Source: an uncultured Alphaproteobacteria bacterium (GTDB lineage Bacteria; Pseudomonadota; Alphaproteobacteria; HIMB59; GCA-002718135). From it: a stretch of 64,000 nucleotides of DNA. The stretch spans positions 2,164 to 66,163 of the forward strand of contig CACLBK010000002.1 of NCBI GenBank assembly GCA_902605135.1, read 5' to 3'. The translations under genes and the position numbers were made by a program. Shown one piece after another: positions 42,622-52,799 of this stretch (position 1 is the stretch's first letter; each line of letters begins with the position of its first letter). The notes beneath the pieces were generated by a model. That model searched no databases. It was not told where the DNA came from and saw only the letters and a program-made list of their open reading frames with translations.

Positions 42622-43509
42622 CTAATAATGCCAATCTTTAGCTTCATTAAATAAAAAATCTCTGAAAACTTCAAGCCTTCTATCATTTTTAAATGCTTCG
42701 GAATAAACAAAATAAGTTTGATAAGAAGGACCTTCTAAATTTGGCAATACACGTACAAGCTGAGGTTTATCAGCAACCATGTAATCAGGGAGTGATGCCA
42801 ATCCACCACCTTTTTCAATAGCAAGAGACATTGCATAAATACTATTTACTCTAAATTTAGGCCTTCTTTTTGTTCCTTCTTTACCAATTTTTAATATCCA
42901 ATCAATATTAGATACAGGAGAAGGTAAACCAGCTCCGAAACATATTAAATCATGTCTATCAAGATCATTAACATTTCGTGGAATACCATTTTTTTGAAGA
43001 TAGTCTGAGGAACCATAAATGTGGTTATGAAAATTAACAAATTTTTTAAAAATTAAATTTGCTTGTGTCGGTTTTTTTACTCTAACTGCAACATCAGCAA
43101 CTCTTGCAGATAAATCAACTTCTTCATCACTCATTATTAAATTTACATCTATCTCTGGATATTGATTGGCAAATTTGGTTATTCTTGGTGTTAGCCATGC
43201 TGATCCAAAACCAACAGTTGTGCTTACAGTTAATTTACCTACTGGTTTAGTTTTTTTATCTAATAATTTTTTTTCAAAATCAGAAATTGAAAAATTAATT
43301 TGATTTACAGTATTAAATAAATTTTCACCTTGCTCTGTTAACCTCACACCTTTTTGATGTCTTATAAATAAAGGTGTTTTTAAATCGTATTCAAGATCTT
43401 GTATTTGTCTACTAAGAGCAGATTGACTTATATTTAGTTTTGCACTTGCTTTAGAAATACTTCTTGAGATTGCAATTTCGTAGAATGATTTTAACTTATC
43501 CCAGTCCAT
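42622..43509 (-). CDS. LysR-family transcriptional regulator
   Basis: N-terminal wHTH ISKASAKLNISQSALSRQIQDLE plus a LysR substrate-binding domain. Its start overlaps the rpe stop by 1 nt. Confidence 0.9.
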   Translation of the reverse strand: MDWDKLKSFYEIAISRSISKASAKLNISQSALSRQIQDLEYDLKTPLFIRHQKGVRLTEQGENLFNTVNQINFSISDFEKKLLDKKTKPVGKLTVSTTVGFGSAWLTPRITKFANQYPEIDVNLIMSDEEVDLSARVADVAVRVKKPTQANLIFKKFVNFHNHIYGSSDYLQKNGIPRNVNDLDRHDLICFGAGLPSPVSNIDWILKIGKEGTKRRPKFRVNSIYAMSLAIEKGGGLASLPDYMVADKPQLVRVLPNLEGPSYQTYFVYSEAFKNDRRLEVFRDFLFNEAKDWHY

Positions 43510-44156
43510 TATCTTAAAGAATTTATTATTTCACTATAGTTATCTTGATTTTGAGACAATAAATAAGATCCTAGTGCTAACACATTAGCTCCATTATCTT
43601 TACATATTTTTGCATTTTTATAATTTATTCCACCATCAACAGCTATTTCATAATTATAATTATTATTTTTTCTAATTTCATCTAAATCTTTAATTTTTTG
43701 CACTTGATCATGCATAAACTTTTGACCACCAAAGCCAGGTGTGACTGTCATAACTATTATTTGTTGTATTTGATTTAATAAATATTCAATATCAGAAATA
43801 TTTACTTTAGGGTGAATAGCAATTCCAGCTTTAATTTTAGCTTCATTTATTATTTTAATAATTTCCTGGGCGTTATCATCAGCCTCAGGATGAAAGGTAA
43901 TGATATCTGAGCCAGCATCTATAAATTCTTTAATATATTGCTTAACTGGTTTAATCATTAGATGCACATCTAAGATCTTGGACGTAATCTTACGTATAGA
44001 TTTAACAATGTTTGGTCCAAAAGTAATGTTGGGAACATAGTGACCGTCCATAATATCTATATGAATATAATCAGCACCATTCATATCTAAAGATCTAATT
44101 TCTTCTTCTAATTTAAGAATATCTGCTGATAATATTGAAGGTGATATTTTTATCAT
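43509..44156 (-). CDS. rpe: Ribulose-phosphate 3-epimerase
   Basis: SPSILSAD, HIDIMDGHYVPN, PGFGGQKF and VDGGI. Confidence 0.95.
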   Translation of the reverse strand: MIKISPSILSADILKLEEEIRSLDMNGADYIHIDIMDGHYVPNITFGPNIVKSIRKITSKILDVHLMIKPVKQYIKEFIDAGSDIITFHPEADDNAQEIIKIINEAKIKAGIAIHPKVNISDIEYLLNQIQQIIVMTVTPGFGGQKFMHDQVQKIKDLDEIRKNNNYNYEIAVDGGINYKNAKICKDNGANVLALGSYLLSQNQDNYSEIINSLR

Positions 44157-44194
44157 TTATAAATAGATATATAATATATAAATAAACATTCATA

Positions 44195-44539
44195 ATGAAT
44201 TCTTTAATAGAAAAACCTTGGGGATCTTTTGAGATACTTCAATCGGGTAAAAAATTCCTAGTAAAAAAAATTTTTGTAAAATCAGGAGGTGTTTTATCTC
44301 TGCAAAGTCATGAACATAGATCTGAACATTGGATCGTGGCAGAAGGAGAAGCTGAAGTTACAATTGACAAACAAGTAACTAATTTAAAAGAAAATGAGAA
44401 CATTTTTATTCCTAAAGGAGCAATTCATAGAATGGCTAATAGAAAAGATCACGATTTAGTTATTATTGAAATGTGGTATGGTGATAATCTTGATGAAAAT
44501 GATATTAAAAGATACGAAGATATTTATGAAAGAATTTAA
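44195..44539 (+). CDS. Stand-alone cupin, mannose-6-phosphate isomerase type II C-terminal-domain-like
   Basis: KPWGSFEIL...SLQSHEHRSEHWIVAEGEAEV...IPKGAIHRMAN is the cupin His/Glu metal motif seen in ManC-type PMI domains. Confidence 0.7.
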   Translation: MNSLIEKPWGSFEILQSGKKFLVKKIFVKSGGVLSLQSHEHRSEHWIVAEGEAEVTIDKQVTNLKENENIFIPKGAIHRMANRKDHDLVIIEMWYGDNLDENDIKRYEDIYERI

Positions 44540-44922
44540 TGCTCATTAATACTCCTATATCGCTTGGTGAACTAGTAGATAAAATTTCTATATTAATTAT
44601 TAAACAGAAAAATATAAGAGATGAAACTAAACTTGATCATGTCAAAAAAGAATTAGATTTTCTTCAAAAAACGTTGATGAACTATGTTCAACAAGAAGAA
44701 ATAAATAATTATTTAGAAAATTTGATAAACATTAATTCTAAGCTCTGGAATATAGAGGACGATATTAGAGAGTGCGAAAGAAAAAAACTATTTGATCAAA
44801 CATTTATTGATCTAGCTAGAAAAGTCTATTTTACAAATGATGAAAGAGCAAAAGTAAAAAATGATATTAATAAAACCTTTGGCTCTGAATTAGTAGAGGT
44901 AAAATCTTATGAGGATTATTGA
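44539..44922 (+). CDS. Conserved-looking hypothetical protein (helical, 127 aa)
   Basis: Coding-like ORF coupled to the cupin gene by a TAATG overlap. It contains LGELVDKISIL and LWNIEDDIR blocks. I cannot assign a family. Confidence 0.5.
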   Translation: MLINTPISLGELVDKISILIIKQKNIRDETKLDHVKKELDFLQKTLMNYVQQEEINNYLENLININSKLWNIEDDIRECERKKLFDQTFIDLARKVYFTNDERAKVKNDINKTFGSELVEVKSYEDY

Positions 44923-45960
44923 TTAATAAATTCTTGAAACGCTTGTTGTAACAAGAGAAACTAATTTTTCTTTGTAAATGTTATCTTTAAATATATCAAC
45001 TGAGTCTACAGCTACATTTGAAAAGTGATTAGCTCTTGTTAGAGTATCCTCAATACATTGGTATTTATTTATTATTTCTAAAGCCATTTCAAAATCACCA
45101 TCATTTTGATTAAGATCAGATATTGTTCTTTCCCAAAACTTTTTTTCTTTATCGTTTGATCTTCCATATGCTAAAATTATTGGCAGAGTAATTTTACCTT
45201 CTTTAAAATCATCTCCAGTATTTTTTCCTAATATTTTTTTGTTTGAAGAATAATCAATAGCATCGTCAATTAATTGAAAAGTCATGCCGAAGTTTGTTCC
45301 AAATGATTTTAATGCATTAACCTCAGCTTCTGTTCCAAGACCACTAATTGATCCAACTTGACATGCTGCACTAAATAAAGAGGCAGTCTTTGCATTTACA
45401 ACTTCGAAATAAATATTTTCATTTATTTCTAAATTTTTATCATTAGCAAGTTCTAAAACCTCTCCCTCAGAAATTACAACACTAGTATCAGCTAATATTT
45501 TTAACGTTTCGGTGTTGCCATATTTTGTCATTAACTGAAAAGCTCTACTGAATAAAAAATCACCAACTAATACACTTGTTTTATTTTTCCATTTCTCATT
45601 TGCTGTAGGTTTTCCTCTTCTTTGTTTACTTTCATCTATTACATCATCATGTAATAGTGTTGCTGTATGAATAAATTCTACTGCTGCAGATAGACCGATA
45701 TGATTAATTTTATTTTCAATTTCACTAGTTTCATTTCTTGTCATATGAAAACTTGAAACAGTTAAAAGAGGTCGTAATCGTTTCCCCCCTGATAAGATAA
45801 GGTATTTTCCAACTTCATGAACTAAAGGTACATTGCTATCTAATTTATCAAGGATTATGGTATTTACGGATACTAGATCTTCTTTGCATAGATCTGTTAA
45901 TTCTCTGATTTCATCTTCAAATGAAAAAACTTTTTTTCTGAGTGGAAGAACATTATCCAT
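44923..45960 (-). CDS. ispB: Long-chain polyprenyl diphosphate synthase (octaprenyl type)
   Basis: First and second Asp-rich motifs LLHDDVIDES and FQLIDDAIDY. Confidence 0.9.
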   Translation of the reverse strand: MDNVLPLRKKVFSFEDEIRELTDLCKEDLVSVNTIILDKLDSNVPLVHEVGKYLILSGGKRLRPLLTVSSFHMTRNETSEIENKINHIGLSAAVEFIHTATLLHDDVIDESKQRRGKPTANEKWKNKTSVLVGDFLFSRAFQLMTKYGNTETLKILADTSVVISEGEVLELANDKNLEINENIYFEVVNAKTASLFSAACQVGSISGLGTEAEVNALKSFGTNFGMTFQLIDDAIDYSSNKKILGKNTGDDFKEGKITLPIILAYGRSNDKEKKFWERTISDLNQNDGDFEMALEIINKYQCIEDTLTRANHFSNVAVDSVDIFKDNIYKEKLVSLVTTSVSRIY

Positions 45961-46088
45961 ATTGTTTAACTATTAGAATATTATGTTAATTCATTAACTT
46001 AATTGACGCACTTAAACTCAAATTACTAAAATTACAAACAAATGCACATAACGCTTTAAGAAAAGATGAACATTTGTTATTAGATATT

Positions 46089-46904
46089 ATGTTTAAAAGG
46101 TTATTTTCGAAGAGTACTAAAATACCGGTTTTACGTTTATCTGGCATTATATCATCACAGTCAGGCTTAACAGGCTCTGGTTTATCAATCAATAGTTTAG
46201 AAAAGTTAATCGATAAGTTATTTGATGATAAAAAATCTACTGTTGTAGGTTTGGTCATTAATTCACCTGGAGGCTCTCCTACACAATCCTCTTTAATAGC
46301 AAAAAGGATCATTGATCTGGCAAAGGAAAAAAACAAAAAAGTTTTAGCATTCGTTGAAGATGTTGCAGCTTCTGGTGGTTATTGGTTAGCATGTGCTGCT
46401 GATGAAATATATATTGATCAAAACTCTGTTATTGGATCAATAGGCGTTATTTCACCAGGTTTTGGTTTTGTTGATCTTTTAAAAAAAGTTGGAATTGAAA
46501 GAAGAGTGTATACATCTGGAAAAAGTAAAAGTTTTCTTGATCCTTTTAAAGAAGAAAAACAGGAAGACATTGATAGATTAAAAAATATTCAAGAACAAAT
46601 TCATGATAATTTTATTAATTATGTAAAAGATAGAAGAGGTTCAAAACTCGATCAGAATAAATTAGATGACATCTTTTCTGGTTTATTTTGGGTTGGTAAT
46701 AAAGCTATCGATTTAGGTTTAGCAGATGGTATTGGTGCAATAAAACCAATTTTAGAAGAGAAGTTTGGAAAAAAAATTAAAATCAAAATGATCAGTCAAA
46801 AAAAATCATTTTTACAACGTAGATTTTCTTCTTCAATATTTAATTCTGATGAAATTTTAAATAAAATAGAAGAACGAATTATGTTTTCTAGGTTTGGGCT
46901 GTGA
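46089..46904 (+). CDS. sppA: Signal peptide peptidase SppA, 36K (S49) type
   Basis: S49 blocks INSPGGS and ASGGYWLACAADEIY. I prefer the ATG at 46089 over the TTG at 46074. Confidence 0.85.
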   Translation: MFKRLFSKSTKIPVLRLSGIISSQSGLTGSGLSINSLEKLIDKLFDDKKSTVVGLVINSPGGSPTQSSLIAKRIIDLAKEKNKKVLAFVEDVAASGGYWLACAADEIYIDQNSVIGSIGVISPGFGFVDLLKKVGIERRVYTSGKSKSFLDPFKEEKQEDIDRLKNIQEQIHDNFINYVKDRRGSKLDQNKLDDIFSGLFWVGNKAIDLGLADGIGAIKPILEEKFGKKIKIKMISQKKSFLQRRFSSSIFNSDEILNKIEERIMFSRFGL

Positions 46905-47065
46905 TGAAATTTTTAGTTTTAGTTGTAATTTTAGCCTCTATTATATTATTTTTAAGGTTTAAGAAAAAAAAACAAGACAAATTCACTAATAATAAAGTAA
47001 ATAATGACTCGGTAATCGATTTAGAGAAAGATCCAAGAACGAAAGAATATAAACCAAAAGATTAA
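46904..47065 (+). CDS. Possible 53-aa single-TM protein (not in ORF track)
   Basis: ATG overlaps the sppA stop (ATGA). It has an N-terminal hydrophobic helix [17 protein letters not shown] followed by a charged tail. It fills the otherwise empty gap before the glycyl-tRNA synthetase gene. Confidence 0.3.
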   Translation: MKFLVLVVILASIILFLRFKKKKQDKFTNNKVNNDSVIDLEKDPRTKEYKPKD

Positions 47066-47072
47066 GAGTTAT

Positions 47073-48449
47073 ATGACTGCACAAACAATGGAAGAGTTAG
47101 TTTCTCTTTGTAAAAGAAGAGGTTTTCTATTTCAATCAAATGACATCTATGGCGGTATCAAAGGTTTATATGATTATGGACCAATGGGAGTCGAGTTAAA
47201 AAATAATCTTAAACAAGCTTGGTGGAAATCAATGGTATATGAACGAGATGACACCGAGGGATTGGATGCAAGTATTTTAAGTGCGCCAGTTGTACTAAAA
47301 CATTCCGGTCATGAAGATACTTTCTCAGATCCACTTGTAGATTGTAAGATTTGTAAAGCTAGATTTAGAGCAGATCAGTTAGAAAATAGTGAATGCCCAA
47401 GAGGAGGACTATTGCAAGATTGCAAAGTTAAAGATTTAACTGAACCAAGGCCTTTTAATTTAATGTTTAAAACTGCAATTGGACCAGTAGATGATGGTTC
47501 ATCATTCGCATATTTAAGACCAGAAACATGTCAGCAAATTTTTACTAATTTTAAAAATATATTAGACTCAACATCCCGAACTGTTCCTTTTGGTATCGCA
47601 CAAATGGGAAAAGCTTTTAGAAATGAAATAACACCACGTAATTTTATCTTTAGAGTTAGAGAGTTTGAACAAATGGAGTTAGAGTTTTTTGTTAAACCAG
47701 GTACTGATGATCAATGGCATGAATATTGGATTAATAAAAGAATAGAATGGTGGGTAGATCAAGGAATAAAAAAACAAAATTTAAAAAAAATTGAAGTAGA
47801 GAAAAAAGAACTTGCACATTACTCAAAAAGAACTGTAGATATTAATTATCTGTTTCCTCATGGTGAGGAAGAACTTGAAGGAGTTGCAAATAGAACTGAT
47901 TTTGATTTAGGATCACATACCAAAAATCAAAATGATTTTGGAATTGATTCAAAAGTTATGAAAAATTCTGCATCAACAACAAAATTAGCTGTTCAAAACT
48001 TAGAAGAAAAGAAATGGTATATACCATATGTTATAGAACCATCAGCGGGTGTAGATAGGGGAGTTCTTGCTTTATTAAATGAAGCTTATACTGAAGAAGA
48101 TATAGATAAAGATAATAAAAGGATTGTACTATCTTTAAAACCACATCTTTCACCAATTAAAGCTGCTGTGATACCTCTTAAAAAAAATAATGAAGAATTA
48201 GTTAATTTATCTAAAGAAATAAAATCTAATCTGCAGAAATTGGGATTAGGTAGAGTTGTTCTAGAAAATTCAGGAAATATTGGAAAAAATTATAGAAGAC
48301 ATGATGAAATTGGAACACCAATATGTTTAACCGTAGATTTTGAAACTCTAGAAGATAGTAGTGTCACAGTAAGAGATAGAGATACGATGAAACAAGAGAG
48401 AGTTTCTATTGAAAATTTATCTGAATATTACAAAAAATATTTTAATTAA
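47073..48449 (+). CDS. glyQS: Glycyl-tRNA synthetase, single-chain alpha2-dimer (GlyQS) type
   Basis: Class II motifs [14 protein letters not shown] and [25 protein letters not shown], with a C-terminal anticodon-binding domain. Confidence 0.93.
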   Translation: MTAQTMEELVSLCKRRGFLFQSNDIYGGIKGLYDYGPMGVELKNNLKQAWWKSMVYERDDTEGLDASILSAPVVLKHSGHEDTFSDPLVDCKICKARFRADQLENSECPRGGLLQDCKVKDLTEPRPFNLMFKTAIGPVDDGSSFAYLRPETCQQIFTNFKNILDSTSRTVPFGIAQMGKAFRNEITPRNFIFRVREFEQMELEFFVKPGTDDQWHEYWINKRIEWWVDQGIKKQNLKKIEVEKKELAHYSKRTVDINYLFPHGEEELEGVANRTDFDLGSHTKNQNDFGIDSKVMKNSASTTKLAVQNLEEKKWYIPYVIEPSAGVDRGVLALLNEAYTEEDIDKDNKRIVLSLKPHLSPIKAAVIPLKKNNEELVNLSKEIKSNLQKLGLGRVVLENSGNIGKNYRRHDEIGTPICLTVDFETLEDSSVTVRDRDTMKQERVSIENLSEYYKKYFN

Positions 48450-48458
48450 TTGAATTAG

Positions 48459-49607
48459 ATGAAAAAAGTTAGCGATATTATCGCAATAAAAATTATTTTT
48501 TTCATTACAGCTGCTTATGTTGGTTTATGGGCTATTAGAATACCTACTATAAAAGATCAGCTTGAAACTGATTATATAGGTGTTGGATACATAATGTTAA
48601 CATTTGCTCTTGGTTCAATTGTTGCAATGATCTTTGCAAACGCTCTTATTCTTAAAACTTCTACAAAATCAATTTTAACATGCACTTTAATTGCCGAAGG
48701 TTGTTTGTGGTTGCCAGTACCTTTCATTCAAGAGTTATGGCTTTTTATGATTTTCTCATTTGTTTTTGGTATGAGTTATGGTGCATTCGAAATAGCATGC
48801 AATGTCTATGCATCAAATTTAGAAGTTAGAGAAAAAAAATCTATGATGTCAGGGTTTCACGCATTTTGGAGTCTTGGTGTTTTATTTGGCTCCTTAATTA
48901 CAAGTTTTTTACTAGAGTGGAATTATTCTTTTATTTTTAATATACTTTTGTATGTCATTATTCTTCTTCCTTTGAGTTTGTATTTTGTCCTCTGTTTAGA
49001 GTCACAAGTTGAAACAAGATCAGAAGACTCCAGTAAAAAAAACATATTTTTTATTTGGCCCTTACTTATTTTTTTATTAGCTTTAATTGCAATGGCAAAT
49101 GCACTAACAGAAGGAAGTGTTGATGCATGGGGAGCTCTCTATATGAGAGATTTTATTCAAGTTGATGGTTTCTACATCGGCTTAGCAACTCTTAGTTTTA
49201 ATATTTTTATGGTTATCGGAAGATTTAGTGGTGATTGGGTAAGAGATAAAATCGGAGTTTTTCTTTTGATTTTGTTTTTATTTTTATCGACGATTATAAG
49301 TTTAATAATTTTATCTAATTTCAGCAGTATTTATGCAGCTATTATTGGTTTTTCATTATTAGGTATCGGAGCATCCTCAATTGTTCCTATCGCATATAGT
49401 TTAGCAGGAAAAATTGAGGGAATTGACAGTGGAGTAGGGATAACAATTATTTCAATTGCAGTTTATGGAACATTTATAGGGGCTCCAGCTTCATTAGGAT
49501 TTATTGCAAACAACTATGGAATTAATAATATATTTGTTCCAATGCTAATAATTTTTATGATTTTAATAATTCCAGTAAGTTTTTATAGAAAAAAATTTTC
49601 AGTTTAA
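48459..49607 (+). CDS. MFS transporter
   Basis: About 12 TM segments in two halves separated by a charged loop (QVETRSEDSSKK). The substrate cannot be determined from the sequence. Confidence 0.75.
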   Translation: MKKVSDIIAIKIIFFITAAYVGLWAIRIPTIKDQLETDYIGVGYIMLTFALGSIVAMIFANALILKTSTKSILTCTLIAEGCLWLPVPFIQELWLFMIFSFVFGMSYGAFEIACNVYASNLEVREKKSMMSGFHAFWSLGVLFGSLITSFLLEWNYSFIFNILLYVIILLPLSLYFVLCLESQVETRSEDSSKKNIFFIWPLLIFLLALIAMANALTEGSVDAWGALYMRDFIQVDGFYIGLATLSFNIFMVIGRFSGDWVRDKIGVFLLILFLFLSTIISLIILSNFSSIYAAIIGFSLLGIGASSIVPIAYSLAGKIEGIDSGVGITIISIAVYGTFIGAPASLGFIANNYGINNIFVPMLIIFMILIIPVSFYRKKFSV

Positions 49608-50429
49608 AAAATCAAAAGATAATGAATCATTAATTACTAAATTTTGATTTTTATTTTTTATTTCATTAACAAAATTAATATTTAATGCTGCAAAAATATT
49701 TGAATTTGCTTTTGATACAATTGTACCTATTTTTTTATTATCTACTATCAACTCATCTCCCTCTAGCACATCTCCACTTTTTATTTTTAACGCGTAAAGT
49801 TTTTTCTTGAGTAATCCACGGTATTTCATCCTTGCAGTAATTTCTTGACCCACATAGCATCCTTTATCCCAATCAATAGCGTTTAAATTATCAAAATTAT
49901 TTTCTAATAATAAAGATTTATTTTCTAAAATATCAAATGGTGAATAGGGTGTTGTATGATTAATTAAAATTTCATGATATTCTGTTTCATTAATTTCTTT
50001 TAATCTTTCTTTTTCAATTAAAATTTTTTTATCCATTATTAGTTTTTTACCTAAGTTTATATTTCTAGGATCATTTGAATAAACATTATAATCACCTTCA
50101 TAATCTATATTAAATAATGAATAAGAATTTAGATTATTAATTTCTTTAATTTCTATATCAGAGCGAAGTTTATAAATTTTTAATCGTCCTAATAAATTAC
50201 TATAAAATTTATCATTAGTTTCAAAAATATAGTTTTCATTTATATTGAATATAAAAAAATCTGCTAAAAATTTACCCTGAGGTGTTAATAGACATGAATA
50301 AATAATTGATCCATTATTACATTTTTCAATGTCATTAGTAATTAAATTTTGAATAAATGATTTACTATCTTTTCCAGAAATCTCAAAAAATCTTGAATTC
50401 AAATGATGAAAAAAGTATTTATCTTTCAT
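49599..50429 (-). CDS. ygfZ: YgfZ/GcvT-like folate-binding protein (Fe-S cluster maintenance)
   Basis: Signature DKGCYVGQEITARMKYRG (the K-G-C-Y-x-G-Q-E motif). Confidence 0.8.
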   Translation of the reverse strand: MKDKYFFHHLNSRFFEISGKDSKSFIQNLITNDIEKCNNGSIIYSCLLTPQGKFLADFFIFNINENYIFETNDKFYSNLLGRLKIYKLRSDIEIKEINNLNSYSLFNIDYEGDYNVYSNDPRNINLGKKLIMDKKILIEKERLKEINETEYHEILINHTTPYSPFDILENKSLLLENNFDNLNAIDWDKGCYVGQEITARMKYRGLLKKKLYALKIKSGDVLEGDELIVDNKKIGTIVSKANSNIFAALNINFVNEIKNKNQNLVINDSLSFDFLN

Positions 50430-50474
50430 AATTATCTAAATATATATTGAATATATTAAAAGTGTAATATTTCT

Positions 50475-51398
50475 GTGAAAATTCTTGTTATTTCGTCAAA
50501 TCTTATTGGAGATACAATCCTATCAACTGGAGTAATAAATTATTTTAGTAAAAAATATCCTGAAACTAAATTTACATTTGTAATTGGTCCATCTGCTAAA
50601 TCAATTTTCAAAAACTTTAAATCTGTAGAAACTATAATCACTGTTTCCAAAAAAAGATACAATATGCATTGGTTAGATATAATTTCTAATTGTTATGGAA
50701 AGAAGTGGGATATAATTATTGATTTTAGAAGTTCGTTGTTATCATATTTTTTAAAACATAAGCAAAAATTTATTTTTAAAAAAAAATCTAATCTAAACCA
50801 TGTAAAGCAATTATCTAATTACTTTAAATTTGATTGTTCAGATTTGTTTATTGAGACAAATACAGAAGAAGAAGAAATAGTTACAAAACATTTGTGCGAT
50901 GATTTTAAATATTTTGTTATATTTCCAGGTGGAAATTGGAAACCAAAAATTTGGAGTATTAAAAATTATAATTCACTATTAATCAAAATTTTATCTCAAA
51001 ATAAAAATATTAAATTTATTTTAGTTGGTTCAAAATCAGAAGAAGAAAATTATCTAAATGTAATATCAAAAAATATTGATAGTAATAAGATAATTAATTT
51101 ATTTGGTGCATCATTGACTCAAACTGCTGCTTATATGAAGAAATCAAAATTATTTATTGGAAACGATTCAGGATTATCACATATGGCTTCAGCCACAAAA
51201 TTAAAGTCTATAGTATTATTTGGCCCAACAAATGATGTGATTTACGGTCCTTTTACGCAAGATTCACAAGTTATAAGAACAAATGAAAGCTATGACTATT
51301 TTAAAAGTATAAATATTGATAAAACAAAGTCCTATATGGACTCTATAAGCGTAGAAAAGATTTATTTTACATTACAAAAAAATAATTATTGTGAATAA
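50475..51398 (+). CDS. Glycosyltransferase family 9 (LPS heptosyltransferase-like)
   Basis: GT9 features: N-terminal ILVISSNLIGDTI and C-terminal FIGNDSGLSHMASA. GTG start. Confidence 0.8.
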   Translation: MKILVISSNLIGDTILSTGVINYFSKKYPETKFTFVIGPSAKSIFKNFKSVETIITVSKKRYNMHWLDIISNCYGKKWDIIIDFRSSLLSYFLKHKQKFIFKKKSNLNHVKQLSNYFKFDCSDLFIETNTEEEEIVTKHLCDDFKYFVIFPGGNWKPKIWSIKNYNSLLIKILSQNKNIKFILVGSKSEEENYLNVISKNIDSNKIINLFGASLTQTAAYMKKSKLFIGNDSGLSHMASATKLKSIVLFGPTNDVIYGPFTQDSQVIRTNESYDYFKSINIDKTKSYMDSISVEKIYFTLQKNNYCE

Positions 51399-52425
51399 AA
51401 ATATTGAAATAATTCAGCCTGATGATTGGCATGTACATTTTAGAGAAGGTGACATGTTAGAAATGGTTACTAATTTCTCCTCAAGAATAAATAATAGATG
51501 CGTGGCAATGCCAAATACAGAAATTCCCATAACAGATACTAATAAAGCATCTGCTTATAAAAAGCTTTTAAATAAAGCATCTAGTAATAATTTTGAACCA
51601 CTTATACCTTGTTATTTGAATGAAAATTTAGATCTAGAAGATTTTAGAAAAGGTATGCAAAATAAAGTTTTCTTTGGATCTAAACTTTATCCCTCAAATG
51701 CAACTACAAACTCAAGTCATGGAGTGAGTGACATTTCAAAAATCTTTAAATTTTTAGAGATTTTAGAAGAAGAAAAAAGTCCATTACTAATACACGGTGA
51801 AAAAGTAGCTGAAGATATAGATATTTTTGATAGAGAAAAATATTTTATAGATGATGAATTAAACACTATTAGAAAAAAATTTCCCCTTTTAAAAATTACA
51901 CTTGAACATGTATCAACTTCATATGGAGTTAATTATGTGAAAGAAAATGAAAATATTGCAGGTACAATTACACCACACCACATGCTTTTAACAAAAAAAG
52001 ATGTATTTCTCGATAACTCTATTAATCCACATCATTTTTGTATGCCAGTTGTTAAAAATGAAACAGATTTAATAGAATTAAGAAAAGCCGCATGCCACAA
52101 TAATGCTAAATTTTTTTTAGGAACAGACTCAGCTCCACACCCAATTCAAGAAAAAAAACTAGATATGTCATCTAAGCCAGGAATATTTTCATCTCCTTGT
52201 TCAATAGAATTATATGCAGAAATTTTTGATCAAGAAAATGCAATTGAAAATTTTGAGTTATTTTGTTCAATTAATGGTGCAAAACATTATAATTTTCCAA
52301 TTAATGATAAAAAAATTAAATTAGAAAAAAGGCAATGGATTGTGCCAGAATTGTCAAGTTATAAAGATATTCAAGTTAAGAATTTTTATGCTAATAAAAA
52401 AATTAATTGGAAAGTAATTCATTAA
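51391..52425 (+). CDS. pyrC: Dihydroorotase (homodimeric class II type)
   Basis: PDDWHVHFREG metal-binding motif, LEHVS and FLGTDSAPH. Confidence 0.9.
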   Translation: MNKNIEIIQPDDWHVHFREGDMLEMVTNFSSRINNRCVAMPNTEIPITDTNKASAYKKLLNKASSNNFEPLIPCYLNENLDLEDFRKGMQNKVFFGSKLYPSNATTNSSHGVSDISKIFKFLEILEEEKSPLLIHGEKVAEDIDIFDREKYFIDDELNTIRKKFPLLKITLEHVSTSYGVNYVKENENIAGTITPHHMLLTKKDVFLDNSINPHHFCMPVVKNETDLIELRKAACHNNAKFFLGTDSAPHPIQEKKLDMSSKPGIFSSPCSIELYAEIFDQENAIENFELFCSINGAKHYNFPINDKKIKLEKRQWIVPELSSYKDIQVKNFYANKKINWKVIH

Positions 52426-52442
52426 TCTTTATAGAAATATTA

Positions 52443-52799
52443 ATGTCATTAGGAACAAAAATTTATACTTGGCTAAATGGAAACTTAGTCGGTAGTGATG
52501 ATTTAGGGAATAAATATTACTGTAGCTCTAAAGATTTCAAAGATTTAAAAGCTAAAAGATGGATTATTTTTAATGGAGAAATAGAGGCATCAAATATTCC
52601 ACCTCACTGGCATGCCTGGCTTCATAAAACTGTTAATAATCCTCCACTTGATTACTCTCATAAATACAAATGGCAAAAAAACCATAAACCAAATATGACT
52701 GGTACTAGTGATGCATATTTTCCATCATCCCATCCTCTTTCAAAAAATTATGATCCAGAAAAAAAAGAAAAAGAATACAAATCTTGGACTCCTAACTAG
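52443..52799 (+). CDS. NDUFA12-family (NADH:ubiquinone oxidoreductase subunit 17.2-like) protein
   Basis: GTKIYTW..G..VG.D..GNKYY...W....G..EAS.IPP.WH.WLH matches the NDUFA12 pattern common in alphaproteobacteria. I prefer the ATG at 52443. Confidence 0.8.
   Translation: MSLGTKIYTWLNGNLVGSDDLGNKYYCSSKDFKDLKAKRWIIFNGEIEASNIPPHWHAWLHKTVNNPPLDYSHKYKWQKNHKPNMTGTSDAYFPSSHPLSKNYDPEKKEKEYKSWTPN

Noticed and set aside
52750-52799. A-rich run (GAA AAA AAA GAA AAA G) in the 50-nt overlap between the NDUFA12-like and DUF2155-like genes, as a possible programmed frameshift fusing the two
   Set aside because: The downstream frame is +1 relative to the upstream one, not the -1 expected for an A_AAA_AAA-type slippery site. 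The downstream ORF has its own ATG followed by a good signal peptide, and the two proteins are separate genes in other alphaproteobacteria. An independent start within the overlap is the simpler explanation.
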